Shown here piece by piece: positions 51,119 to 59,488 of a DNA stretch of 64,000 nt. The notes below the pieces were generated by a model. The model was given only the letters and a program-made list of their open reading frames with translations. It had not been told where the DNA came from and did no database searches. How positions within the stretch are numbered: the stretch's first letter is position 1; every line of letters begins with the position of its first letter. A program made the translations under genes and the position numbers. The stretch spans positions 59,471 to 123,470 of the forward strand of contig OZ241919.1 in assembly GCA_965203835.1 (NCBI GenBank), in the 5' to 3' direction. Source of the stretch: Dehalococcoidia bacterium (GTDB taxonomy: Bacteria; Chloroflexota; Dehalococcoidia; Lucifugimonadales; UBA3495).

Positions 51119-51729
51119 TTCGGCTGGCCATATCAGTCGAAGGCGTCACGGAGGAGGCGTTTGTCAATTACATTCTCGCGGCGCACCTGCGGGCAAGAGA
51201 AGTAGAACCATATCCGATACCACTTGACGGCAACATAACAGTGGAACGATTGGCTTCGGAAATGGCAAAACTTGTTTGGAACTTTGACCATGTTACTTCG
51301 TTGGTGGATTTCTATGGCTTCCGTGATAAGGGTAATGTGACTCGCCGTGAGTTGGAGCAGGCCATTTTCGAAACGATTGACCGCAGTATAGGCCGTACTT
51401 GGGACCAGTCGCGGGCATTCCCATACATCCAACAGTACGAGTTCGAAGGTCTGTTGTTTTCGGACGTAAGTGCCTTTGCGACAATCCCCGACGTATCAGA
51501 CAGCCATGTAGAAGCACTGCGGGGAATTCGTTCAAACTTCCAGACTCCAGAAGACATCAACGACAACCCGCACACCGCGCCAAGCAAGCGAATCGAAAGC
51601 ATAGTCCCCCGGTACCGTAAAGCAACTTTCGGCTTGGTGGTTGCCTCTGAAATAGGACTGGATACCATCCGCGCTGAGTGTCCCCGGTTCAACTCTTGGT
51701 TCGAGCGGTTGGAGTCTCTTGGAGAGTGA
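51115..51729 (+). CDS. DUF4276-like (Toprim-like) protein
   Basis: 204 aa. TTG start overlaps the ATPase stop (TTGA). IRLAISVEGVTEEAFV, LVDFYGF, YEFEGLLFSD, APSKRIESIVPRYRKATFG...CPRFNSWFERL, as I remember the DUF4276 pattern. Confidence 0.6.
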   Translation: MIRLAISVEGVTEEAFVNYILAAHLRAREVEPYPIPLDGNITVERLASEMAKLVWNFDHVTSLVDFYGFRDKGNVTRRELEQAIFETIDRSIGRTWDQSRAFPYIQQYEFEGLLFSDVSAFATIPDVSDSHVEALRGIRSNFQTPEDINDNPHTAPSKRIESIVPRYRKATFGLVVASEIGLDTIRAECPRFNSWFERLESLGE

Positions 51730-51771
51730 CTCGTCCAAAGTTAGCTTCCGACAAGAACACCTCACTCCAGG

Positions 51772-51800
51772 TTGACAACCATTGCCACGCTCAATACAGT
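51772..51800 (+). promoter_or_regulatory. possible promoter of the cbiE-like/cobN unit
   Basis: TTGACA (51772-51777), 17-nt spacer, TACAGT (51795-51800). Confidence 0.35.
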
Positions 51801-51870
51801 AATCGCGTAATTGGGACAACAGACACCCATCCATATTTAGACATATTAGAATCACCAGCCTTTCAACACT

Positions 51871-52560
51871 ATGCCAAATAACCAAAACAACATCTCCATG
51901 TCGGTGGTGGCGGTAGGCCCCGGCGACCCCGACTTGATAACCCTGAAGGGCCGCGAAGAACTGCGGAAAGCCGATCTGGTGGTGGGCTTCAAGACGGTGC
52001 TGAACGTCGTCGAGCCCTGGCTGGACCATGCCGAGGTACGGCCTATGGCCTACCGCGACCAGGAAGAAGTGCTGGAATACACGGCCTCTCAGGCCAGGGA
52101 AGGGCGCCGTTGCGTTCTGTGTTGCTGGGGCGACCTGAACTTCTCGGCCAGGGAGTTGCTGGCAAGAGCCGCCCGCAGGGTTGATCATCTGGAACTCTTC
52201 CCTGCCATAAGCTCCGTGCAGGTTGCTTGCGCCCGCGCGGGCATCCCCATGGAAGAGTCGGTGTTCATCACCCTCCACCAACGCCAGCAGTCCGGCTCCA
52301 AGCTGGAGGAAACTGTCCATTACCTCAATGAAGGCCGCCGGCACGTCATCCTACTGCCCCAACCTTACGACTTCATGCCTCCCGCCATCGCCAGTGGGTT
52401 GGTCGAGGAGGGTGTATCCGGCGACCGGAGAGTGACCGTTTTCCAGCGCCTTACCCTGGATGGAGAGCAGAGTTGGAGCGGGTCACTGGCGGAGTGCGGC
52501 AACATCACCGACGAATTCAGCGACCTGTCGATCATGGTCATCTTCAAAGAAGAAGCCTGA
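51871..52560 (+). CDS. tetrapyrrole (corrin) methyltransferase family protein, CbiE-like
   Basis: 229 aa. VVAVGPGDPDLITLKGREELRKADLVVG...FPAISSVQVACARAGIPMEESVFITLHQR. Subfamily assignment is tentative. Confidence 0.6.
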   Translation: MPNNQNNISMSVVAVGPGDPDLITLKGREELRKADLVVGFKTVLNVVEPWLDHAEVRPMAYRDQEEVLEYTASQAREGRRCVLCCWGDLNFSARELLARAARRVDHLELFPAISSVQVACARAGIPMEESVFITLHQRQQSGSKLEETVHYLNEGRRHVILLPQPYDFMPPAIASGLVEEGVSGDRRVTVFQRLTLDGEQSWSGSLAECGNITDEFSDLSIMVIFKEEA

Positions 52561-52615
52561 CCCAACAGTTTCGTGCCTTCGAGACTATCTCAAAACCTGC
52601 CCTGCAACCCCGCTC

Positions 52616-52641
52616 GTCATTCCCGCGCAGGCGGGAATCCA
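52616..52641 (+). repeat. REP-like hairpin element (copy B)
   Basis: GTCATTCCCGC-GCAG-GCGGGAATCCA, between the cbiE-like gene and cobN. Confidence 0.8.
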
Positions 52642-52797
52642 TTGAACTCCTCTTTTCGCTGGGAATGCTGTTAAACTGTGGTGGCGCAGGCGGCAGGTTC
52701 CCCGCTACGCCTACTCTGACCCAGCTACGTTAGACTAGGGTTCCTGCGAAAACTGAAAGGCCGCTGCCGCGCCCCCAACCTCAGGGAGGAACGACCG

Positions 52798-55700
52798 TTG
52801 ACTTCTTCCACAAACACTGATCAGCAACGCCGCACCATGCTCTTCGTCACCACGGCGGACACCGACATTCTGACCGCGGAACGGGCTTTGTCCGGACTAC
52901 CGGATGAGTTTCCCCAGGTAGTGGCGTTCAATCCCGTCAATCTTGCCGATTCCGAGGCGCAGGAGACCTTGCTGCAAGCGGTGGAACATGCGGGAGTGGC
53001 AGTGTTGCGCCTCCTGGGCGGCAAGCGGGCGCTACCCGATCTTTTCGATCCCTTGGTCCGCGCTTGCCAGTCCCAGGGCGTCCCGCTTATCGCCTGTCCT
53101 GGCCATCAGGAATGGGACGAAGACCTGGTTACCGCGTGCAGCGTTCCGGTTGCCGAGGTTGAGACTGTTTTCGCCTACTTGATGCGGGGCGGCGTCCAGA
53201 ACCTGCAAAACCTCTTCCTGTTCCTGAGCGACACTTACTTCGATACCAGCTACGGCCACGACGCCCCAACTCACCTGCCTTGGGAGGGTTTGTATCACCC
53301 CGATGTCGCCGAGGGCACTGGCTTGGACGACTATATGCGGCTGCGGTTCACCGACGGCAAGCCCAACGTTGCCGTCCTCTTCTATCGCGCCCACTGGATG
53401 AGCGGCAACCTTCAAGCCATAGACAGCCTCGTGCGTCGGCTTGAAGGGCTGGAGGCCAACGTCCTGCCTATTTTCTCCTACAGTCTCAAACACAACCCCG
53501 AAGGGGACGGGCAATCCAACCGGACCTTCACCGAGTTCCTGGCAGGGCCGGACGGAACGCCCCGTGTCGATTGCATCATCAACACCATGGGCATGTCTAT
53601 GAGTGAACTCAGCACGGAAGGGGCAACCATTGCCGCCGGGTGGTCGGTGGACTACCTGGACCAACTGGACGTTCCCATGCTCCAAGGCATAGTCAGCACC
53701 GGCACCCAAGAGGAGTGGGATGAAAGTTCCTTGGGCTTGGGCCCCATCGACACCGCCATGAGCGTAGCCCTGCCGGAGTTCGACGGCAGGATCATCTCGG
53801 TGCCCATCTCCTTCAAGCAGGAAACCGCCGCCGCGCAAGACGGGAAACTGGCTGGACGGCTTCAGCGGTACGTGGCCCATGAAGACCGGGTGGACTATTT
53901 AGCCCGTCTGGCCATCAAGTGGGCCAAGCTGCGGGTCAAGCCCAACTCTGAAAAGCGCGTCGCCATTATCCTGAGCAACTACCCCACCAAGGACGCCCGC
54001 ATCGGCAACGCCGTCGGCCTTGACACCCCGGCATCGGTGATACGGATTCTTCACGAACTGGAAAGCGCCGGCTATCACGTTGTCGACATCCCGGAAAACG
54101 GCGACGACCTCGTCCATCGCATCATCGAACGTTGCAGCAACGACCGGGACTACCTTACCGAAGAGCAACTCAGGATGGCGGCGGGCCACGTTACGAGCCA
54201 ACAGTACAGTGAGTGGTTCCAAGGCTTTCCGCCCTCCGTCGCGGAAGAGATGACCGAGGCATGGGGCGACCCTCCGGGACAGGTATACCGCAGCAACGGC
54301 AGCCTGGCCATCGCCGGCATCGACCTCGGCAACGTATTCGTGGGTCTTCAGCCTCCCCGGGGGTTCGGTGAGAACCCCATCTCCGTCTATCACAGCCCTG
54401 ATCTGGCCCCCACTCACCACTACATCGCCTATTACCGCTGGATAAAGGATGTGTTCCAAGCCGACGCCATGATTCACGTCGGCAAACACGGTACCCTTGA
54501 ATGGCTTCCGGGCAAAGGCATCGGGCTGTCGGCGGCCTGCTATCCTGAAGTGGCCCTGCAGGACCTCCCTTTGTTCTATCCGTTCATTATCAACAATCCC
54601 GGTGAAGGCGCGCAGGCCAAGCGGCGCACCCACGCGACCGTCGTCGATCACCTCATCCCAGCGATGACCACCGCCGACAGCTACGGAGACATCGCCAGGG
54701 TCGAGCAGTTGATGGACGAACACTACCAATGCCAGACCCTGGACCCAGCCAAGCTGCCCCTGCTGGAGACCCAGATTTGGGAACTGGTGAAGCAGGCTGA
54801 GTTGCACCGGGACCTGGATATGGACGAACGCCCCGAGGATTTCGGCGATTTCATACTTCATATAGACGGCTATCTCTGCGAGTTGAAGGACCTCCAGATC
54901 AAAGACGGTCTTCATATCCTGGGAGAAGCTCCGGAGGGCGAACAACTCGTCGGGCTGCTCTGCGCCCTGACCCGGCTGGACATCAGCGGCATCCCGAGCC
55001 TGCGCCGCGCCGTGTCGGAAGCCCTGGGGCTGGACTACCAGGTCATGCTCTCCGACCCCGCTCAACCCGTCGAAGGCGCGCTTCCCGAAGCAATCGCCCA
55101 AGTCACCCAGGATGCCCCGGTGCGTACCTACGGCGACCTGCTGGAGGGCGTCGAAGCCATTTGCCGTAGCGCCTACACCCAACTGCTGCAACAAGGGTTC
55201 CAACCCGGAGCCGTCGCCCCCGTGGTGCGTCAACTGCTGGGCCATGAAGACCACCAAACCAACACCGTGCTGGAGTATGTCGCCAACACCATCTACCCGG
55301 CCCTGCTCAAGACCCCTGACGAGCTGGGCAACCTGTTGCGGGGACTGGAAGGCCGGTTTGTTCCTCCGGGGCCGAGCGGGGCGCCCACTAGGGGCATGGC
55401 CAACATCCTGCCCACGGGACGCAATTTTTACTCGGTAGACCCCAATACCATCCCGTCGCCCGTGGCTTGGGAGACCGGCAAAGCCCTGTCGGAGGCTCTG
55501 TTGGAGAAATACCTCTCCGAAGAAGGCGCCTACCCGGAGATGGTGGGCATGGTCGTATGGGGAACGTCGGCCATGCGGACCCACGGAGACGACATCGCCC
55601 AGATTCTGCACCTTCTGGGTGTGCGGCCCGTCTGGCAGCCGGAGAGCCGCCGCGTATTGGGACTGGAAGTGATACCCAAGGAGGAGTTGGGGCATCCCCG

Positions 55701-56670
55701 CATCGACGTCACGGTGCGCATCAGTGGTTTCTTCAGGGACGCCTTTCCCAACCTGATCAACCTGCTGGACCAAGCCGTGGAGTTGGCCGCATCGCAGGAC
55801 GAAGGCCCTGAGGACAACTTCGTAGTCAAGCACCTGCGCGAAGACCTCGCGGGTGGTCAGTCGCCAGTGACCAGTGACCGGGAAGCGATGACTGACCACC
55901 AGCCACTGACCACTGAGCACTCCCACCTGTACCGCATATTCGGCAGCAAGCCCGGCACCTACGGGGCGGGAATTCTGGCGGCGTTGGACGAGCGGAACTG
56001 GGAGACCGTGGAGGATCTGGCAGAGGTGTACACCGCATGGGGCGGGTACGCCTACACCCGGCAGGACTTCGGCGTCAGCGCCCGCACGCAATTCCGCCGC
56101 CGGTTCAGCCAGATAGTGGTCGCCGCCAAGAACCAGGACACCCGAGAACACGACATCTTCGACAGCGACGACTACATGCAGTACCACGGCGGCATGATCG
56201 CCACCGTGCGCGCCCTGACCGGCCGGAACCCGCGGGAGTTCTTCGGGGACAGCGCCGACCCCTCCCGGGCCAGGGTCCGCGACCTTCAGGACGAGGCCCG
56301 CCGGGTGTTCCGCAGCCGCGTGGTCAACCCGAAGTGGATCGAGTCCATGAAGCGCCACGGCTACAAGGGTGCCTTCGAACTGGCAGCGACGGTGGACTAC
56401 ATGTTCGGCTATGATGCCACCGCCCAAGTGGTCGAAGACTGGATGTACGAAGACGTTACCGAAAGCTACGTCCTGGACCCAGAGACCCAGCGGTTCTTCC
56501 AGGAAAGCAATCCGTGGGCGTTACGGAGCGTGGTGGAACGCCTACTGGAAGCCATCGAGCGCGGACTGTGGGAGGAACCTCCGCCCGAGATGCGGGACAA
56601 GCTGTTGCAGCTTTACTTGGAGTTGGAGGCCGATTTGGAGGCCCGCCAGGAAGGACGGCAGGCTGGATGA
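52798..56670 (+). CDS. cobN: cobaltochelatase subunit CobN (CobN/Mg-chelatase H family)
   Basis: 1290 aa, TTG start after GGGAGG. Family-typical segments: YHPD..., HVGKHGTLEWLPGK, GPSGAPTRG, NPKWIESMKRHGYKGAFE. Confidence 0.9.
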   Translation: MTSSTNTDQQRRTMLFVTTADTDILTAERALSGLPDEFPQVVAFNPVNLADSEAQETLLQAVEHAGVAVLRLLGGKRALPDLFDPLVRACQSQGVPLIACPGHQEWDEDLVTACSVPVAEVETVFAYLMRGGVQNLQNLFLFLSDTYFDTSYGHDAPTHLPWEGLYHPDVAEGTGLDDYMRLRFTDGKPNVAVLFYRAHWMSGNLQAIDSLVRRLEGLEANVLPIFSYSLKHNPEGDGQSNRTFTEFLAGPDGTPRVDCIINTMGMSMSELSTEGATIAAGWSVDYLDQLDVPMLQGIVSTGTQEEWDESSLGLGPIDTAMSVALPEFDGRIISVPISFKQETAAAQDGKLAGRLQRYVAHEDRVDYLARLAIKWAKLRVKPNSEKRVAIILSNYPTKDARIGNAVGLDTPASVIRILHELESAGYHVVDIPENGDDLVHRIIERCSNDRDYLTEEQLRMAAGHVTSQQYSEWFQGFPPSVAEEMTEAWGDPPGQVYRSNGSLAIAGIDLGNVFVGLQPPRGFGENPISVYHSPDLAPTHHYIAYYRWIKDVFQADAMIHVGKHGTLEWLPGKGIGLSAACYPEVALQDLPLFYPFIINNPGEGAQAKRRTHATVVDHLIPAMTTADSYGDIARVEQLMDEHYQCQTLDPAKLPLLETQIWELVKQAELHRDLDMDERPEDFGDFILHIDGYLCELKDLQIKDGLHILGEAPEGEQLVGLLCALTRLDISGIPSLRRAVSEALGLDYQVMLSDPAQPVEGALPEAIAQVTQDAPVRTYGDLLEGVEAICRSAYTQLLQQGFQPGAVAPVVRQLLGHEDHQTNTVLEYVANTIYPALLKTPDELGNLLRGLEGRFVPPGPSGAPTRGMANILPTGRNFYSVDPNTIPSPVAWETGKALSEALLEKYLSEEGAYPEMVGMVVWGTSAMRTHGDDIAQILHLLGVRPVWQPESRRVLGLEVIPKEELGHPRIDVTVRISGFFRDAFPNLINLLDQAVELAASQDEGPEDNFVVKHLREDLAGGQSPVTSDREAMTDHQPLTTEHSHLYRIFGSKPGTYGAGILAALDERNWETVEDLAEVYTAWGGYAYTRQDFGVSARTQFRRRFSQIVVAAKNQDTREHDIFDSDDYMQYHGGMIATVRALTGRNPREFFGDSADPSRARVRDLQDEARRVFRSRVVNPKWIESMKRHGYKGAFELAATVDYMFGYDATAQVVEDWMYEDVTESYVLDPETQRFFQESNPWALRSVVERLLEAIERGLWEEPPPEMRDKLLQLYLELEADLEARQEGRQAG

Positions 56671-56684
56671 TTCCAAAGGAGATA

Positions 56685-57254
56685 ATGTACAGTCAAATGA
56701 AAACATGGCGTATGCAATTGAAGCCTTTCTACGCTTTAATCGTCGCAGCCCTCTTTCTGGTTGCCCTCATAGCGTGCCAAACCGACGAAGCCACCGTTTC
56801 AGGCGTAGGCTCCAGGGCCAGCGCGGAACTGAAAGCCCCTGATGGTATGATAATTGGCATGGTCAACATGGTGCAGGGCCCCAACGGCGTCCTGGTGTCG
56901 GTTGAGGCAACCGGGTTGGTCCCGGGATCTCACGGCTTCCACATCCACGAAGTGGGCAGTTGCTCGCCGGACTTTTCCGCAGCGGGCGATCACTTCGACC
57001 TCGGAGACCGGGCACACGGCTACCTGTTCGTGGATGGCGACCACCTCGGCGATATGCCCAACATCTACGCCGCCGCCGACGGAACTGCCCGGGCCGACGT
57101 ATTCAACGACGCTATTAGCCTGGATGCAGAACCGGCCAATTCGGTCTTTGATGATGACGGTTCCGCCATCATTATCCACGAAAAAGGCGATACTTACGGT
57201 GAGGACGCCGGCGCGGGTGGACGGGTGGCCTGCGGCGTAATTCTTCCCGGCTAG
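56685..57254 (+). CDS. sodC: Cu/Zn superoxide dismutase, lipoprotein-type signal
   Basis: ALFLVALIACQ lipobox. HGFHIHEVGSC...GDHFD...HLGDMPN...IIIHEKGD...GGRVACGVI. Start is ambiguous: in-frame ATGs at 56667, 56685 and 56697. Confidence 0.8.
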   Translation: MYSQMKTWRMQLKPFYALIVAALFLVALIACQTDEATVSGVGSRASAELKAPDGMIIGMVNMVQGPNGVLVSVEATGLVPGSHGFHIHEVGSCSPDFSAAGDHFDLGDRAHGYLFVDGDHLGDMPNIYAAADGTARADVFNDAISLDAEPANSVFDDDGSAIIIHEKGDTYGEDAGAGGRVACGVILPG

Positions 57255-57386
57255 CCAGGGGCTTCCCGGCCCGTGTCCCGATTCTTCCACCAAGGTTCAC
57301 CGTCTGGTAAAATCGGGGCGGCTGTTTGAACGGGCAGCGCCCCAGCGTACACCAACCGTAACGTCAGCGGCTTCTGGAGTAGGACA

Positions 57387-57809
57387 GTGGAAATTGCTGT
57401 GGAGCTAATCAAAGAGTTGACCAAAGACGAACGGGTCATGTGGGTCGTCGGCGGCGGTCCGGTAGTCAGCGAGAATACCTCCCAGGGCATAAAAGAGCCT
57501 GAACTCAGCGGCGGGTATCTCACTGTAGAGGCCGATAACTGGCATTTCCACGTCCCTGTAGACAAGGTCACCGGAATCCAATTTGTCGAAGCGGAAAGTC
57601 ACGGCGATCTGTTGTCGTATTACGTCCGGTTTTCCGGCGACGGCGAAGCCACGCTCCTTCGCGGCTACTTCCCCAACCCATACTTGGACGATAACCTCAA
57701 GCGTACCGAGTTGCAGCCGGAGAAGCTCCAAGCGTTCAACAACATGCGTGCCCGCTACGAAGGGCGCGACGGCATAGTATTTGTGAAGTACCGCCCCCAA
57801 CAAAAATAA
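57387..57809 (+). CDS. hypothetical protein, possibly ChuX/HutX-like tetrapyrrole-binding
   Basis: 140 aa, GTG start. NWHFHVPVDKVTGIQFVEAESHGDLLSYYVRFSGDGEATLLRGYF...LQPEKLQAFNNM resembles the HxH...F-x-G...PEQ..F layout I recall from HutX/ChuX. The assignment is weak. Confidence 0.35.
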   Translation: MEIAVELIKELTKDERVMWVVGGGPVVSENTSQGIKEPELSGGYLTVEADNWHFHVPVDKVTGIQFVEAESHGDLLSYYVRFSGDGEATLLRGYFPNPYLDDNLKRTELQPEKLQAFNNMRARYEGRDGIVFVKYRPQQK

Positions 57810-57813
57810 ATCG

Positions 57814-57842
57814 TTGACTCGATTATTGCCGTCGGTTATAAT
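57814..57842 (+). promoter_or_regulatory. sigma70-type promoter of the B12-riboswitch/cbtBA unit
   Basis: TTGACT (57814-57819), 17-nt spacer, TATAAT (57837-57842). Confidence 0.65.
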
Positions 57843-57887
57843 CCCGCCACGCAATCAGCAGAATATCTTTAACAATCGAAATGACCT

Positions 57888-58045
57888 GTACGGTGTCCCG
57901 AAGTTATTCGGGATCATGGGGAAGCCGGTGTAATACCGGCGCGGTCGCGCCACTGTAACCGGATGTTGTAACCATCAGCCTTGGAGGAATCTTCGAGGCA
58001 ACAACCGAAACAAAACAACTCCGGGAGCCAGGAACCCACCGTCCA
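57888..58045 (+). promoter_or_regulatory. cobalamin (B12) riboswitch aptamer
   Basis: ATGGGGAAGCCGGTGTAATACCGGCGCGGTCGCGCCACTGTAACCGG core plus a B12-box-like GGAGCCAGGAACCCACC. P1 pairs ACGGTG (57890-57895) with CACCGT (58037-58042). Confidence 0.8.
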
Positions 58046-58096
58046 GTATGACTTGACGCACTTCGCGCCAGAGGGTAAGAGTCGAATGAATGCATA

Positions 58097-58125
58097 AGCC
58101 CGCCGGAAGTGCCGGGCTTTTTTAT
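58097..58125 (+). terminator. riboswitch expression-platform terminator
   Basis: Stem AGCCCG / CGGGCT (58097-58102 / 58113-58118) followed by TTTTTTATT. Confidence 0.6.
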
Positions 58126-58165
58126 TGTCCAGTTCCCTAAGCTACCGAAACAAACGGAGGAAAAT

Positions 58166-58360
58166 ATGTTCAATCGCATCGCAAGCGTCGCCACTACCCG
58201 GTCCTGGGCCCCTTGGTTGTTGATGGGCGCGGTAGTCCTGTACGCCGCGGGCTATGTCGACAGCAGCGTCCACGGCGCGGCCATCGGCGCCCCCGCCGTC
58301 CTGGGCACCGTCCACGAGTTCTTCCACCACGCCAGGCACGTCGCCTTTATGTGCCACTAA
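58166..58360 (+). CDS. cbtB: cobalt transporter subunit CbtB
   Basis: 64 aa with one TM helix and C-terminal VHEFFHHARHVAFMCH (CbtB His/Cys motif). ATG 58166 follows GGAGG. The track ORF starts upstream inside the terminator. Confidence 0.75.
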   Translation: MFNRIASVATTRSWAPWLLMGAVVLYAAGYVDSSVHGAAIGAPAVLGTVHEFFHHARHVAFMCH

Positions 58361-58451
58361 GAAATAATCACAATACTCGTCGCGGTACACAAGCCGTCGT
58401 ACTTGGCCTGCGACTTAGCAATTTAGGCGGCTTACTTCCCGGACTCAACCT

Positions 58452-58477
58452 GTCATTCCCGCGAAGGCGGGAATCCA
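58452..58477 (+). repeat. REP-like hairpin element (copy C)
   Basis: GTCATTCCCGC-GAAG-GCGGGAATCCA, inside the 212-nt cbtB-cbtA spacer. Confidence 0.8.
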
Positions 58478-58572
58478 TGGGCTTCAGTTGGCGACGAGCT
58501 GTTTCATCCGTAATCGACCGGTGCTGATATAGTTTCCAAGACCTTGACGCCCATGAGGCGTGGGAGGGCCAC

Positions 58573-59343
58573 GTGGAAAGAGTCTTGCCCACCGCTATGG
58601 TTATGGGTCTTATTGCTGGCCTGCTCGTAGCCGGGTACATGAATATTTTCAATGTGCCCGTCATGGAGTGGGCCATTGACCTTGAGGGCAAAGCGGCCTT
58701 GGCCGAGCCCGCAGGCGATGAACAGGAACTGCCGCTCTCATGGGCTACCAGCCTTGGCGCGCAACGGGTGGGGATGACCTTGGGGCTGGCGGTGGTAGGC
58801 GTGCTTTGCGGCGCGGTATTCTCCGGGTTGTACTACCTTACCCGCCGGGCAACTCCGGGCTGGAGTCCTTGGGCATGGGCCGTGATTGCGGGGTTGCTGG
58901 GGTTCTGGTCGGTGTCCATGTTCACCCAGCTCAAATTCCCCCTCAATCCTCCCGGCGTAGGCGATGAAGGAACATTGCTGGCCCGCCAAGGGTTGCAATT
59001 CCTGGTAATCGCCGTCTCCGCGGTCTCAGCCGCGGCGGTCCTTTACGCTGTGGGCGTTGTGAACCGCACCTCGTCCGGCTCCGACCGTTGGTTGCGCTAT
59101 GCCAGCATCGGTCTGGCTTATGCGGTGGTCATGTTGTTGTTGGGTTTCGCGGTGCCCAACGTGCGCGACGCCGCCCCCGACTGGCTGCCCCCGGCGTTAG
59201 TCATCATGTTCCGCACCTTCACCGCCGTCGGCCACTTCCTCTTGTGGATGGGCATATCCTTCGGCACGGTTGGATACCTGCTGTACCGGCAGAAAGGAAT
59301 CCATGCTTACCGGCAATCCTCGAATACCGGCGTCAGAGTATAG
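58573..59343 (+). CDS. cbtA: cobalt transporter subunit CbtA
   Basis: 256 aa, polytopic. LKFPLNPPGVGDEG loop typical of CbtA. GTG start after GGGAGGG. Confidence 0.75.
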   Translation: MERVLPTAMVMGLIAGLLVAGYMNIFNVPVMEWAIDLEGKAALAEPAGDEQELPLSWATSLGAQRVGMTLGLAVVGVLCGAVFSGLYYLTRRATPGWSPWAWAVIAGLLGFWSVSMFTQLKFPLNPPGVGDEGTLLARQGLQFLVIAVSAVSAAAVLYAVGVVNRTSSGSDRWLRYASIGLAYAVVMLLLGFAVPNVRDAAPDWLPPALVIMFRTFTAVGHFLLWMGISFGTVGYLLYRQKGIHAYRQSSNTGVRV

Positions 59344-59377
59344 CTGCTTCTGCACGACAATAAAGCCTCTTGCAAGA

Positions 59378-59409
59378 GGGCGGTACTGTCTGGCGCCGCC
59401 CTTTCTTTT
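59378..59409 (+). terminator. putative intrinsic terminator after cbtA
   Basis: GGGCGG / CCGCCC stem (59378-59383 / 59396-59401), 12-nt loop, then TTTCTTTT. Confidence 0.5.
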
Positions 59410-59488
59410 CGTCAGACTCTCGTTACGGCGGAACAACGAACGGTGACCTGCAGGGGGTCTGTGGTAAACTCCACGCTGCCAAAAGATT

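Noticed and set aside
52561-52797. A possible second cobalamin riboswitch in the 238-nt gap upstream of cobN.
   Set aside because: No GCCACTG core or B12-box-like sequence is present. The gap contains only the REP-like hairpin and an RBS.
53899-56427. An 842-aa minus-strand ORF antisense to cobN. Similar long antisense ORFs occur at 5274..6791 (505 aa), 48185..49915 (576 aa), 12579..14018 (479 aa), 35747..36892, 14345..15463 and 4142..5110.
   Set aside because: These are shadow ORFs typical of high-GC DNA. Each lies opposite a gene with clear family motifs. Their translations are Arg/Gly/Pro/His/Val-rich low-complexity strings with no recognisable domains.
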